Source: Bdellovibrionota bacterium (lineage in GTDB: Bacteria; Bdellovibrionota_C; UBA2361; CAKMMH01). From it: a DNA stretch of 64,000 nt. Location of the stretch: positions 256,001 to 320,000 of the forward strand of contig JBMNLI010000010.1 of the NCBI GenBank assembly GCA_050952645.1, in the 5' to 3' direction. Shown piece by piece: positions 1-11,981 of this stretch (within the stretch, counting starts at the first letter, position 1; each line of letters opens with the position of its first letter). Under the pieces are notes generated by a model. The model did no database searches. It had not been told where the DNA came from and saw only the letters and a program-made list of their open reading frames with translations. Both the position numbers and the translations under genes were made by a program.

Positions 1-30
1 TAAACTTAAACGCTTTCTTTTAAGCTTCCA

Positions 31-423
31 CTATTTATTTATAAACTCCATATCTATTTGTATATCTTCTTTTAGTGCTTTTTTTACTGGGCAAGCCTTT
101 GCGACAGCTTTTAAAACTTTTAATTCTTCTTCGCTTATAGGATTTTTAAACACAACTACTAGTTTTATAGAGCTAAACGCATAAGCTTTCATATCCATCA
201 CTCTTGTAGCTACAACCTCTAGACCATCTACTGAAATTCCACGATTTTGAGCACTAAAAGCTATCATGCTAGCCGTGCAAGTAGCAAGAGATGCGGCTAA
301 AAGATCGGTTGGGGAAATACCCTTACTATCATCTTTTGCATCCGTTAGAAAAGTCTGCTCTGTATCGCTATGCGTAGCTTTACACTGTAAATTACCTATA
401 TATTCTACTTTAAAATTTGCCAT
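31..423 (-). CDS. OsmC/Ohr family protein
   Basis: SPTDLLAASLATC and ACPVKKAL two-cysteine motifs typical of OsmC-like proteins. Confidence 0.85.
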   Translation of the reverse strand: MANFKVEYIGNLQCKATHSDTEQTFLTDAKDDSKGISPTDLLAASLATCTASMIAFSAQNRGISVDGLEVVATRVMDMKAYAFSSIKLVVVFKNPISEEELKVLKAVAKACPVKKALKEDIQIDMEFINK

Positions 424-788
424 AATATTAATTTCCTTTAATTAAAAAAAATAAATGTTCTTCACACTTTTAAAAGGTTCTTTATATTTTTTTCTAGCTT
501 ACATAAACACCTAAACTTTACGCTACTAAATTATGCTACTAATTTACGCTACTAATTTTTTACACTACTAAAAAGCACTAGCTTTAAAACATCCTCTAAA
601 AGCAAGAGGGATGTAAAACACAAGGCATAACGCACGAGGGCATACAAGGAGCATAAAATAAAACTTAAAAAAAACATAAAGAAGCGTTAAAAAACTATAA
701 AAACACGCCTTTAGATAGTTTTACACAATTTATGTAGCTTTAACAATGAATTTATTAAAAAAAACGAAACCTCTTTAAACTAGCTATT

Positions 789-1553
789 TTAAGAAACATT
801 AAAAAAAACTTTTATTCCGAACTTATCTTTTTTAACATCGTAAACCTTTATATAATTAGAAGATTTAAAAACTTGAATACTATCACTTGGAGCGTATAAA
901 TTATAAATATAGTTTTTAGGCGTTATCTCTAAATAATGTAGCCAACGCCTAAGGGACAAAAAACTTATATTCCAATTTGCTAAAAAAAGTATCGGCCTTT
1001 CTTGCCCTCTAAACTCTGTAAAGTTTCGTCTTAATATTAAATATTTTCTAAAACTTTCACTCTCATTTGCAGGACTTAAATTTTTAGTAGAAAGAAAAGA
1101 AAAAAGGATACGCCTTTTAGGAAGCTCTAAATAGCCTGTATAAATAGGATTAAAAAAATTATTATTTAACTTAGCTCTATTTTTTCCAAGTTTAAATTTT
1201 GAAAGGATAGTTAAATTAGAACTTAAACTTTGAGAATATTTATAAAACTTTTGAGCACCATTTAAATCGACAATATCGCTACTTGCTATATTTTTATCCT
1301 TGCTCTTAAGCTTACTTTTTATTACGTATAAATCTAAATCTTCCTTTAAAGCATTAACTAAAATATTATCTCTATCTTCTTTTTTAACATCTTCTAAGTC
1401 TAAAAAACATGCGGAATAGAAAGGCTCGCCATCAGATAATTTATCAAAACTATTATTTTCAAATAGTAAGGCTATAAGATAAAAGAATAAGAATAAACTA
1501 CATAGTGCTATTAATATTTTAAAGAATATTTTTAAAAACTTTTTTAGCTTCAT
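789..1553 (-). CDS. Hypothetical protein with N-terminal membrane anchor
   Basis: 254-aa ORF, hydrophobic N-terminus, no recognised motif. Confidence 0.55.
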   Translation of the reverse strand: MKLKKFLKIFFKILIALCSLFLFFYLIALLFENNSFDKLSDGEPFYSACFLDLEDVKKEDRDNILVNALKEDLDLYVIKSKLKSKDKNIASSDIVDLNGAQKFYKYSQSLSSNLTILSKFKLGKNRAKLNNNFFNPIYTGYLELPKRRILFSFLSTKNLSPANESESFRKYLILRRNFTEFRGQERPILFLANWNISFLSLRRWLHYLEITPKNYIYNLYAPSDSIQVFKSSNYIKVYDVKKDKFGIKVFFNVS

Positions 1554-1565
1554 AATTTTTAAGCT

Positions 1566-1766
1566 TTATAGTTTTTTAAGCGACTCTGGGCTAAAAAAAG
1601 ACTCTACTCCATTATCCCATAAAACTTTTATCATATACTCTGGTTCAGTCGATTCTTTTTGATTAGGTTTTCTTAGTTCTGCACGAACTTCTTTTACTGT
1701 GCCGCAAAGTTGCTTACCCTCTAATCTTTGAACTTTGTCTCCCTCTTTAAAGTTGCATTCTCCCAT
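1566..1766 (-). CDS. Small hypothetical protein (possible SH3/KOW-like barrel)
   Basis: FKEGDKV...GTV...VLWDNG pattern; AGGA RBS upstream; co-oriented with the next gene. Confidence 0.5.
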   Translation of the reverse strand: MGECNFKEGDKVQRLEGKQLCGTVKEVRAELRKPNQKESTEPEYMIKVLWDNGVESFFSPESLKKL

Positions 1767-2116
1767 AGTAATTTTCCTTTATAAAAAAAATATGTTCCTT
1801 AAAACCATAGAAAAACATTTTAGCTCAAAACTTAAAAATGAACAACGTAAAAGAGTTTAAGTAAAATTTATTATAGAGAGCTTACACAGAAAGCTTAAAT
1901 ATTATAAATAGCGATATAAAGAAATACTCTTAAAATACGCACTATTATCAATATATTATAAATAATATTATAAAAAACGCCCTTTAATTGTAATAAAACT
2001 TTTACAATTAAATAAACAACCTTTGAAAAGATAACTCATCATAAATATAAACATTATTATTATGGCATTGTAGTTATGCATTATAGTTATGCATTGAAGT
2101 TATGGAGTGATTTTGT

Positions 2117-3391
2117 ATGTCAAAAGATTTGAAAAATATGATTGATGATGAAGATCTTTTTTGCTCTTTTTGTGGTAAACATCAAATAGAGGTTAAAAAA
2201 TTAGTAGCAGGTCCTGGCGTATATATCTGCGATGAATGTGTAGAGCTTTGTTCAGAGATTCTAGAAGATAATTTTGATGATGACGATGATTACAAACCAA
2301 AGAATATTCCAACACCTGCAGAAATTATGAAACAACTCGACGAATATATTATAGGTCAAGAATACGTTAAAAAAGTTTTATCCGTTGCCGTTTATAACCA
2401 TTACAAAAGACTTGAAAATAATGCCAAAGCTAAAAAACACGATGTAGAACTTCAAAAGTCTAACATTCTTTTAATAGGTCCAACTGGAAGTGGGAAAACA
2501 CTTCTTGCGCAAACTCTAGCAAAAATATTAGATATGCCCTTCACGATAGCAGACGCTACTAGCTTAACCGAAGCTGGCTACGTAGGAGAAGATGTAGAAA
2601 ATGTCTTAGTATCTCTTTTACAAGCGACAGATTACGATGTAGAAAAGGCCGAAAGAGGAATAGTCTATATCGATGAAATAGATAAAATCGCAAGAAAAAG
2701 CGACTCTCCATCGGTTACGAGAGATGTTTCAGGGGAAGGCGTGCAACAAGCACTCCTTAAACTTATCGAGGGAACCATCGCAAACGTTCCGCCAAGGGGG
2801 GGAAGAAAACATCCACAACAAGAATTTATTCAAGTAGATACGAAAAATATTTTATTTATCATAGGTGGCGCATTCGATGGCTTAGATAAAATCATAAATC
2901 AAAGAATCGGAAAAAAGAATTTAGGCTTTGGTTCAAAAGTAGAAAAGCAAGATAAGATAGATGAAAATATTTTAGAACACTTAGAAAGCCACGACTTAAC
3001 AAAATATGGAATGATACCTGAATTTATAGGCAGAGTTCCCGTAATAGCAACGCTTAAAGAATTAGATAAACCTACTTTAATAAAAATCTTAACTGAGCCT
3101 AAAAATGCTTTAATAAAGCAGTATGAAAAACTTCTTTCTATGTGTAATGTAAATTTACAAATTACTAAAGAAGCTCTTGCAGAGATTGCTTGTCAAGCGA
3201 TAGAAAAAAAGACTGGCGCTAGAGGATTAAGAAGCATAGTAGAGAAAGTAATGCTTGATACCATGTTTGAAGTGCCAAGCCACCCAGAAATAAAAGAGGT
3301 AATTATAAATGATAAGGTTATAAAAAACGAAGAAAAACCTAAAAAACTTTTACACAAAAAGAGTAGTAAGGAAGCTCTAGCGGCAAGTTAA
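2117..3391 (+). CDS. clpX: ATP-dependent Clp protease ATP-binding subunit ClpX
   Basis: CSFCGK...CDEC zinc finger, Walker A GPTGSGKT, Walker [25 protein letters not shown] loop. Confidence 0.98.
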   Translation: MSKDLKNMIDDEDLFCSFCGKHQIEVKKLVAGPGVYICDECVELCSEILEDNFDDDDDYKPKNIPTPAEIMKQLDEYIIGQEYVKKVLSVAVYNHYKRLENNAKAKKHDVELQKSNILLIGPTGSGKTLLAQTLAKILDMPFTIADATSLTEAGYVGEDVENVLVSLLQATDYDVEKAERGIVYIDEIDKIARKSDSPSVTRDVSGEGVQQALLKLIEGTIANVPPRGGRKHPQQEFIQVDTKNILFIIGGAFDGLDKIINQRIGKKNLGFGSKVEKQDKIDENILEHLESHDLTKYGMIPEFIGRVPVIATLKELDKPTLIKILTEPKNALIKQYEKLLSMCNVNLQITKEALAEIACQAIEKKTGARGLRSIVEKVMLDTMFEVPSHPEIKEVIINDKVIKNEEKPKKLLHKKSSKEALAAS

Positions 3392-3603
3392 AAAAATTTT
3401 TAAGCATATTCTCCTAATTTCAGTAGGCATCTTTTTATATTTTAAATTTTATTTTAAACTATATTTTTAAGATGCCTATTTTTTTTCTTATATTAAAAAA
3501 AATATTTTTTAAGGAATTTTTCTATTAAAATTTTTTTATTTTAACAAAAGACATAAAAGGCCAAAAAATTAAAATCGAGATTTAAAATTTAAGTATTTAT
3601 TTT

Positions 3604-4017
3604 TTACTCACCACCGTATAAATATTTTCTAGTTTCTTGTGGAGGCAAACCGTGTGGAATTTCACTTTCTACTTGCTGCCTTAAAATATCGATTTCACGC
3701 TCTTTATTGTATATATCTTGTTGATTGTGCCTAACTCTTTCTAAAAACTCTCTTCTTTGCTTTTCTTCATCCTGTCTTTCTACAATAGCGCCTGTAATAC
3801 CACCTGCAACAAGGCCGATAGCTGCTCCTAATAGTGCGCTTTTCCCTGGGTCGCCATCGCTAATCACGGCTCCTATACCTGCTCCCGTTCCTGCACCTAT
3901 TAACGTTCCTGATAAAGCTCCAACTGGAATTGAACTGAACATCGATTTTAATGTAGCACAACCTGTAATATTTACTGCCATACTTATTAAAAGCAATACT
4001 AAAACGAGTTTTTTCAT
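3604..4017 (-). CDS. Glycine-zipper lipoprotein
   Basis: Lipobox ITGC followed by GxxxG zipper (GTLIGAGTGAGIGA...GAAIGLVAGGITG). Confidence 0.7.
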   Translation of the reverse strand: MKKLVLVLLLISMAVNITGCATLKSMFSSIPVGALSGTLIGAGTGAGIGAVISDGDPGKSALLGAAIGLVAGGITGAIVERQDEEKQRREFLERVRHNQQDIYNKEREIDILRQQVESEIPHGLPPQETRKYLYGGE

Positions 4018-4143
4018 ATATTGATACCTTTATAAATTAAGAACTACAATTTTTTATCGGCAAATTTGCTAAAATGCTTCTTGTATTTTTTATATTTTTT
4101 TATATTTTTGTAAACTTCTAAAATTTGATATAGAATAACTTTT

Positions 4144-4830
4144 ATGAATAACTCTGTAAACCCATATGTTAATAAATTAAAAGAGCAAAGCGAATATATA
4201 ATTCCTTGCTATTCTAATAAGATACGAGATGAAGATGTCGCTATTTTACAAGAAAAAATATCAAATTTTAGCGATATTAGTGTCAGCGATATTGATGCTA
4301 GTAATATTATAGTGGAAGTTTGCTCAGGTTCAGGAGCGCATCTTATAGAGCTTGCTAAAAAATTCCCTCTATCTTTAATAATTGGTTTTGAGCTTCGCTT
4401 CAAGCGTATTTTTAAGACTGCACAAAAAGCTAAAAGAGAGAATTTAAATAATATAATACTTATAAGAAATGATGCTAGAAACTTAAATTTATGGTTTAAA
4501 GAACGTAAAATTTCTAAATTATTTATAAATTTCCCAGACCCTTGGGATAGAGATAGATGGATAAAACATAGAGTGCTTTCTAAAGAATTCTTTGATAATT
4601 TAAGCAAATTATTAAAGAAACACGGCGAGTTTTTATATAAAACTGACCACACAGAACGCTTTTTAGAAACTAAACTATTACTAGAAGAAAACAATTTATT
4701 TAATATAGTAGAATATTCAGAAGACCTATATAATAGTCCTTATATAGAAAATAATATAAAGACTGAGTTTGAAAGTTTATTTTTATCACAAGAATTAAAT
4801 ATTAATTATTTAAAAGCCGTGAAGAAATAA
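4144..4830 (+). CDS. trmB: tRNA (guanine-N7)-methyltransferase
   Basis: EVCSGSG SAM motif, NFPDPW, KHR, KTD, TEFE motifs. Confidence 0.92.
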   Translation: MNNSVNPYVNKLKEQSEYIIPCYSNKIRDEDVAILQEKISNFSDISVSDIDASNIIVEVCSGSGAHLIELAKKFPLSLIIGFELRFKRIFKTAQKAKRENLNNIILIRNDARNLNLWFKERKISKLFINFPDPWDRDRWIKHRVLSKEFFDNLSKLLKKHGEFLYKTDHTERFLETKLLLEENNLFNIVEYSEDLYNSPYIENNIKTEFESLFLSQELNINYLKAVKK

Positions 4831-4950
4831 TTTGGCGTTTAAATTTTCTTTAAAAACTTTTCTTTTTCAAAACTTGGTATATCATATAACCATTGTTATT
4901 TTGTATGTTATTTTATATGTTGTTTTATATTTAAATAGAGGAAATTATTT

Positions 4951-5754
4951 ATGAAAAAAAGTTGTTATTTGCTAATTTTCTTTGCTTTGCTTTCACTATG
5001 TTTATGTTTTGTAGCTTGCACAGACGATGATGATGACAGCGGCAGTGATAATTCGGCTCAAGCTGCTGCTTGCGATGAGCTAGGGTTTGGAAAATCTTAT
5101 ACTAAAATTATAAATGGTGCTACTTGCAATACTGCTAACTCTGCCGTAGTGGGATTAGATATCGTGGATATATATGGCGATAGTGGAGTATGTTCGGGGA
5201 CTATTATTAGTAGCAACGCAGTGCTTACCGCCGCTCATTGTTTTGAAAACGATGCTATTAGCGTAAAGATTAAGGCTGGGGATAAAGTTTACAATGCGGT
5301 ATCTGTAGTGGTGCACCCTAATTATAATCAAGGCTATGCAAATAAGTATGAACACGATTTAGCGATAGTAAATATTAGCAATACTTTTCATATAGCACCT
5401 ATGCCTATCATTACAAGCACTACTGCTAATCAAGGAGAAACCGTAATCATTGCAGGATTTGGTCAAGATGAAAGCGGAAAAACGGGAACTCTAAAAGCAG
5501 CCTATATGAAAGTTAACAGGACTACATCTTTAGGCTTTTATACGGTTTATGATGATACGCACACTAATGTTTGCTTTGGAGATTCAGGAGGCCCTGCTTT
5601 TGGATATGTAAACGGAGTGCTAGGAATTTTAGGCACTACTAGTTATGGAACTAAGACCGATTGTCTTTCAGGAGATGAAACTTTTTTCCCTAGCTTAAAA
5701 TTATCGAAAAATGCTAATTTTATCTTATCGAATGCGAGTGCAGGACAAATTTAA
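4951..5754 (+). CDS. Trypsin-like (S1) serine protease lipoprotein
   Basis: Lipobox FVAC; IING start of the catalytic domain; triad motifs TAAHC, HDLA, GDSGGP. Confidence 0.93.
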   Translation: MKKSCYLLIFFALLSLCLCFVACTDDDDDSGSDNSAQAAACDELGFGKSYTKIINGATCNTANSAVVGLDIVDIYGDSGVCSGTIISSNAVLTAAHCFENDAISVKIKAGDKVYNAVSVVVHPNYNQGYANKYEHDLAIVNISNTFHIAPMPIITSTTANQGETVIIAGFGQDESGKTGTLKAAYMKVNRTTSLGFYTVYDDTHTNVCFGDSGGPAFGYVNGVLGILGTTSYGTKTDCLSGDETFFPSLKLSKNANFILSNASAGQI

Positions 5755-5761
5755 AAAATAA

Positions 5762-5852
5762 TTCTTCACGTTTTAAGGTAGGCTTGATTAAGGTAGGTTA
5801 GAAAAATTGTTTTTTTGGAAGATTAGCTTAAACCACTTTAAAACGTGAAGAA
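5762..5852. repeat. REP/MITE-like intergenic element with terminal inverted repeats
   Basis: TTCTTCACGTTTTAA ... TTAAAACGTGAAGAA, between convergent genes. Confidence 0.75.
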
Positions 5853-5862
5853 CTAAATTTTT

Positions 5863-6243
5863 TTATTTATTTATAACTTTATTTACAATCTGCCCAGTGT
5901 TGCTATCGAAAGTATATTCTTGGCCTCCTGCATCATGTTTTGCCGTAACTGTAAATGAGTCTTTTTTAGCAGCTACAGATATTTGAACGCCTTTAGAAAT
6001 ATTTTTAATACTTGGGAGACCTTTACAAGAATCGTTTTTACAAGCAAAATATTTTTCTTCATCTATATAATAAAGTTCTTCAGCAGTTGAAACATTTTTT
6101 AAATCGGACAGTGCTCTAACATCGTAAGCCTTTTTCTTATAATCCTTGTATGCTGGAACTGCGATACCTGCTAAAATCATTATAATACACATCGTTATAA
6201 GAAGTTCTAACAATGTAAAACCATTTTGAGTGTTCGTTTTCAT
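5863..6243 (-). CDS. Type IV pilin-like protein
   Basis: Class III signal G|FTLLELL, hydrophobic helix, AVPAY. Confidence 0.9.
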   Translation of the reverse strand: MKTNTQNGFTLLELLITMCIIMILAGIAVPAYKDYKKKAYDVRALSDLKNVSTAEELYYIDEEKYFACKNDSCKGLPSIKNISKGVQISVAAKKDSFTVTAKHDAGGQEYTFDSNTGQIVNKVINK

Positions 6244-6584
6244 AAAAATTACCTCTTTTTTTTATTAAAATATTTTTGTTAAAATAAATAGGCTCTTCGC
6301 ACGCATTAAAGTAGCTTTAAGAGAAATTTACTTCTTTGCTAGGATTAAAATGCACGAAGAGATAAAAAATATGCTACATATTATAAACATCGAAAATAAC
6401 ATTATTAGTGGTTCAAAATTATGAAGTTTTTTCTAAAACCTTAACTTTTAAGAACTTTTATGTTATAATATACATTTCTCTTTACAGCATCTAAAATCGA
6501 AGGTTATTCTTAAGTTTCTTATTTGTTTTTCTTAAATTATGCTCACTTAACTTTTTTGATTTTCCCTTTAAAGGATAATAACTT

Positions 6585-7430
6585 ATGATTATTAAATTTT
6601 TATTAAATGCTACAATATTTTTTTGCTCGACATTGTTTTTAACTACTAATGCTTTTTCAAGTGAAGAAACACTCGAAGCTTTAAGATTAAAAGAGGAGAA
6701 AATATTAAAAAGTTTAAATAAAAAATATTCTCTAGGTAAAGAACTTAATTTATCAAATAGTAAAGAAATAGATAATTTAATAGATAAACTAGAAAAAGAA
6801 GCACTTAATAACGACATCGATAAAATTTATAACAAGAAAACTTATAATGACAAAACTTATAATGAAGCATCGGTAAAAATTAAAAACGACTCGCAGCTTA
6901 GAAAGTTATTTACCAAAAGAGTTGCTAAAAGAAGAGATTTAAGAAAAAAAATATCTTTAAGAAGAACTAGAGATGATAAATTAAAAGATGATAAGTTAAG
7001 CTCTTCTACCATATTAGCTAGCAATATAAAAAATAAAATAGGCAAAAACAAGATCGACACAGATTTAAATGACTGCATTAAAAAAGCAGATTTAGTTTTA
7101 GAAAAAAGTAAAAGTGATAGTTCTAAAAGAACTATTAGCAAAGAATATTTTACTATTACGGATGATTATTTTGCTGAAAGTGAACGTGATGATGGCACGT
7201 CTTTCGTTTATGTAGCGGATGATGTAAGCTTACACACGCTACCGTCGCTTTCTTCTAAGCTTATTTATTTAGTAAAAGCAAACACGAAGTTAAAACTAGA
7301 TAAAAATCATGGCGCTTGGTATAGAGTAAAGAGTGCAGACAATAAGTATGGCTGGATTTTAGGCGATATGCTACACTTTAGCGACCCTAGTTCTTTGTCT
7401 ACCTTGAAAAATAAAGGAAAAGGATTGTAA
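6585..7430 (+). CDS. Secreted protein with C-terminal bacterial SH3 domain
   Basis: Signal peptide; C-terminal LHTLPS...WYRVK...GWI SH3b pattern. Confidence 0.7.
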   Translation: MIIKFLLNATIFFCSTLFLTTNAFSSEETLEALRLKEEKILKSLNKKYSLGKELNLSNSKEIDNLIDKLEKEALNNDIDKIYNKKTYNDKTYNEASVKIKNDSQLRKLFTKRVAKRRDLRKKISLRRTRDDKLKDDKLSSSTILASNIKNKIGKNKIDTDLNDCIKKADLVLEKSKSDSSKRTISKEYFTITDDYFAESERDDGTSFVYVADDVSLHTLPSLSSKLIYLVKANTKLKLDKNHGAWYRVKSADNKYGWILGDMLHFSDPSSLSTLKNKGKGL

Positions 7431-7499
7431 ATTATTGTAGTTCAAAATGTACACTAATTTTGAAAATTTAAAAACAGAAGAACTTAATTACATATTTAC

Positions 7500-7589
7500 G
7501 GAGAGATGGCCGAGCGGCTGAAGGCACACGCTTGGAAAGCGTGCATACGGTAAAACGTATCGAGGGTTCGAATCCCTCTCTCTCCGCCA
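7500..7589 (+). tRNA. tRNA-Ser(GGA)
   Basis: GGAGAGA acceptor stem, anticodon arm CACGC-TTGGAAA-GCGTG, long variable arm, GGTTCGAATCC, encoded CCA. Confidence 0.97.
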
Positions 7590-7655
7590 TATATTTACTA
7601 AAATCTTTTTCTAGAATTTTTGCGGATTGTCGAATTTATAGGAGCTATAATAGTA

Positions 7656-8522
7656 ATGTCTCAAATGAATAATAAGGAAGCACTAGCGATTGTAAATAAT
7701 AAAACTAGATGGCGTATAAGAGAAGTGTTATCAGAAGCATGGAAACTAACACAAACTAAAGGTGTAAAATCTGGCATATAGCGTAGTCTAATTAAAAGCT
7801 CAATTATATCAACACTAATAATATTAATAGCTTTGGCAGTATGTACGTGTCTATTCATGCTTTCAATGTTTTATTTGATTTTTTTTGAAATTCCTGGAGT
7901 TACAACACTTTCTAGAATTTATTTTGAATTTGATACAATATTAGGAACATTAATAGTAGTAGCAGCGGCAACTACAACCTTAATCTCTGCGATAGCTATA
8001 CTCATGATAATTTATGCTCTATCTGCTATACCTAGACTAATTTATGCTTTTATTATGATTAAAAACATCGAGGTAATAAAGACAAATAATGCAGATTATA
8101 CTAATTTATTAAGTGAACTTAAATCATATCTTAAAACTGCTAAAATGTTTTTGTTGCTACCAATTTTAATTTTACTAATATTAATAATATTAGAAGTAGG
8201 GTTAAGTTCATCACCACTTTATATAATTGCTTTTGCTAATTTTATCATACTTAACGCATTCATAATGTGTTATTATATTATTACTTTTACATTAACTAAT
8301 ATTTTATTAAATAATACTAGCGATTTTAAAGGCATTACTAAGGAATTATTAGTTTGCACAAAGACTATACTATCAAGACCTTTTAGCTACATAATTTTAA
8401 CTTTAATCATTTTATTGATAATAATCTTATTAGGCATTCTCGTTATACCACTTATCTGGCTTGTGCCATTTTTACATTGCGTTGGGGCTGTATTGTATAC
8501 TAAGGAAAATTTTGATAAGTAA
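7656..8522 (+). CDS. Integral membrane protein with an in-frame TAG at 7779-7781 (possible pseudogene)
   Basis: GGAG RBS and ATG at 7656 are in frame with ORF 7833-8522; multiple TM segments. Confidence 0.6.
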
Positions 8523-8728
8523 ATTTAAAAATAAACTTTTCTCTGCCTTTAAATGTAAAATTTAATTTTCATTAAATAACTAATTAAAATAATTAAAGAA
8601 AGTTTAAAAAATACTTATATAAATTATCAAAATCTTTTGCTTAGTAAGCTTTTTTTTAAGCTTTTTTTTAAGCTTTTTTTTAGCCTTTTTTTATAGCCAT
8701 GCATACTATAAAAACTTAAGAAATTTTA

Positions 8729-8790
8729 GTTCTTCACGTTTCTTAAATTCTTAAAGCTTCTCTCTCGAATCAACTTAAAACATGAAGAAC
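8729..8790. repeat. REP/MITE-like element copy
   Basis: GTTCTTCACGTTT ... AAAACATGAAGAAC, between convergent genes. Confidence 0.7.
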
Positions 8791-8805
8791 CAAAAAAATT
8801 TTACT

Positions 8806-10901
8806 TTAGATGGACATTCTACCATCGGCAGCTAATGAAACTTTTCCTTTTTCTCCAACGAAGAACGGGTTGATATCCATTTCTTTTATCTCAGGAAAAT
8901 CTATAATTAACTGACTTACTCTTTGAAGAACGTCTGCAATCTTTTCAACATCGTATCCAGCATGTCCTCTAACACCAGCTAAAATAGGGTAAGATTTAAT
9001 AGAAGATATCATTTCCATAGCATCGCTTTTTGAAAGAGGTGCTAATTTAAACACTACGTCTTTCATAACCTCTACGAAAATTCCTCCAAGACCAAACATT
9101 ATCATAGGACCAAATTGTGGATCGCGCGTCATACCGATAATAACCTCTTTTCCACCATCGCACATTCTTTCTAAATACGTTCCTACAATGTTTGCCTTAG
9201 GATGAGATTTTGCTATTCTCGTAGTCATCTCTTCAAAAGCAGCTTCCACTTCTTCCTTAGATTTTAAAAATAACTTAACGCCCCCAACATCAGATTTATG
9301 AACTATATCTGGTGAAGAAATTTTCATAGCTATCGGATAGCCCGCTTGCTCTGCTATGTTTCCTGCTTCTTCTTTACTCTTAGCAAGCCCTCCTTGTGGA
9401 ATATCGATGCCATAAGCTTTAAACATAGCCTTAGTTTCAACTTCTCCAAGTTGTGTTAAGCCTTTCTTTTTAGCGTCTGCTAAAATCTCTTCTACAGCTT
9501 TCTTATCTACATTAAACGATACTTGTTTTTCTTCTTTTTTATTTAACCACGTGCCGTAATCTAGCATAGTTTTTAATGTCGTAATGGCTCTTACTGGGTC
9601 TGTAAAGTTAGGAATTCCGTTTTTGCTTAACACGTCTCTACCCTCATCTACTATTACTCCCCCCATCCATACAGCAAGCACAGGTTTTTCATGCGTCATA
9701 TTTTTTGCTATCTCTTCGGCCGACTCGACCGCTTTAGTCATAGCTTGTGGAGTTAAGATAACTACAACTGCATCTACATTTGGATCTTTTTGAGCCATAA
9801 TTAAAGCCTCTGCATACTTCTCTGGGCTTCCATCACCTAAAATATCTATAGGGTTTGCCACAGATGCCGCAGCCGATAATTTTTCTGCTAGTTCTTGCTG
9901 TAAGGTTTTATCTAGAACTGCCATATTCATTCCTGAATTTTCAACGGCATCCGTTGCCATAATTCCCGGCCCTCCAGCATTAGTAATAACTGCAACATTT
10001 TTTCCTTTAGGTGGTTTTTGCATAGATAGTGCAAGGGAGATATCGAATAGAGACTCGAAGCTATGCGCCCTAATTACTCCCGATTTATGGAATGCAGAAG
10101 AGTAAGCAACATCTGCCCCAGCTAAGCTTCCCGTATGAGATGAAGCCGCCTTACTTCCCGATGCAGTAGTTCCAGATTTAAAGATAACTATCGGTTTTGT
10201 TTTAGAAACTTTTGAAGCGATATCCATAAATTTTGCACCATTATTGATACTTTCAAGATAGCAAGTAATAACTTTTGTATCTTCATCTTCTGCTAACGCT
10301 TCGATAAAATCATTTTCATCTAGGTCAGATTTATTTCCCATAGAGATAACTTTTGAGAAGCCTACTTTTTCTTTTTCTGCCCAGTCTAAAATTGCGGCGC
10401 AGAGTGCTCCAGATTGCGACAAAACTGAAATGCTACCAGTTAAAGGCATTTGTTTTGCAAATGAAGCATTCATTTTATGGTGAGCATTTATTATACCTAA
10501 ACAGTTTGGCCCTAGCAATCTAACGCCTTTTTCTTTACAAATATCTGCTATTTCTTTTCTAGAAGAGCCCCTTCGTGGCTTACCTCTTTAAATCCTGCCG
10601 TAATAATACAAATGGCTTTTGCACCTGCTTCAATACTTGCTATCGTAGCCGATTTCACAGCTTTTGTAGGAAGTGAAATTACGCTTAAATCGACAGGCTT
10701 CCCGTACGTTTGTAAATCGGGATAACATTTAAGACCTAATATTTCATCTGCCGATGGGTTTACAGGAATTATATTTCCTTCAAATTTAGCATCTACTAAA
10801 TTATAAACGATCTCATATCCAACTTTCCCTGGGGTTCTAGAAGCTCCTACAACTGCTACGGTTTCTGGATTAAATAAATCTTTCAACATACCTTTTGACA
10901 T
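8806..10901 (-). CDS. ADP-forming acetate/acyl-CoA ligase (fused alpha-beta), one frameshift near 10556
   Basis: VAVVGAS CoA-binding domain, LGPNCLG, SQSGA, SHTGSLAG phospho-His, ATP-grasp HKSDVGGV and DINP; the two ORFs join by restoring one A. Confidence 0.9.
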
Positions 10902-11464
10902 ACTATAAATCCTTATAAATAAAATGAAAAAATTAAAATAAAATTCTTAAGAAATTTTAGCGTTTTTTAGAATTTTTTACGAACTTTATATAATAAAATT
11001 ATTATAACACATTATAAAAAAATTTAAAAATGGTTGAATTAACAAAAACGATACTTCGATACAAGATTTAATAAAAATAGCATCATCACAACGAAAAATG
11101 GAAATGCGTTTATTTATACTATAATTTTATGCAAAAGAGAATTGTTGCATTAAGTATTACAATTTAAGTTCCTGCTTCAGACTGTAAAGTTAAAATTACT
11201 TTTAATTGATTAAAAAACAATCACGCTTATTGATAAAAAAATAATTCTAGAGAAATGCTCGAAAAAGTTATCCATAACTGATAGCGAGGTCGAGCAATTA
11301 AAAGCTAGAGACCAAGCTGTCAGGCTGTAGATAACTTTCTCATAGAGTTTCAGCTTTCAGTCTTTCTGAAATAAACTAAAATCTATAACTAATTATTGAA
11401 TAGTCTAATGATATAATTTTTTTATGTAAATAGCTATCCCCAACCCAACTAAAGCAGTAATTTT

Positions 11465-11892
11465 CTATGCCGCTTTTAATTTAGCTTCTATTAGCTCTAA
11501 TTTTTTATCAAATAACTTCTGAGGAGTTGTTCCCCCTAGAATTCGCCTCGAATAATTATTTAAGTGGTTTTCTATCTTCGCAACCTCTTCTTTGCTTACA
11601 GTGGAAATCTTCGTCTCTTTCTTTATAAAACGACGAATCTGCCCATTTAGTTGCTCATTAGTGCCACATTCATAAGAACAATTAGGATGGCAATAATAAA
11701 TAGTAGTTCTCTTTAATCCTCCGAAAATAGAGCTTTCTAACGCTTCAAAATCTAAAAACTCTCTACCATTATCTACTGTTATTGTTTTAAAAATTGTGTC
11801 AATATAACACTTGTTTAGTTTATTAACGCTTTAACAGATTAGTCATGGATTTTCATTAGCAAAATGTGTCGCATTTTACCTTACAACTCGCC
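11465..11892 (-). pseudogene. IS30-family transposase remnant
   Basis: Minus strand reads FKTITVDNGREF...YYCHPNCSYECGTNEQLNGQIRRF; IS30-like end GTGTCGCATTTTACCTTACAACTCGCC at about 11866-11892. Confidence 0.8.
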
Positions 11893-11981
11893 TGAAATAT
11901 AAGGCAAAACACGGGTAAGCTTATATGATAAATTTGGCTCTTCACGTTTTAAGTGGGGGCTAAGGAGAAATTGTTTTTAAC

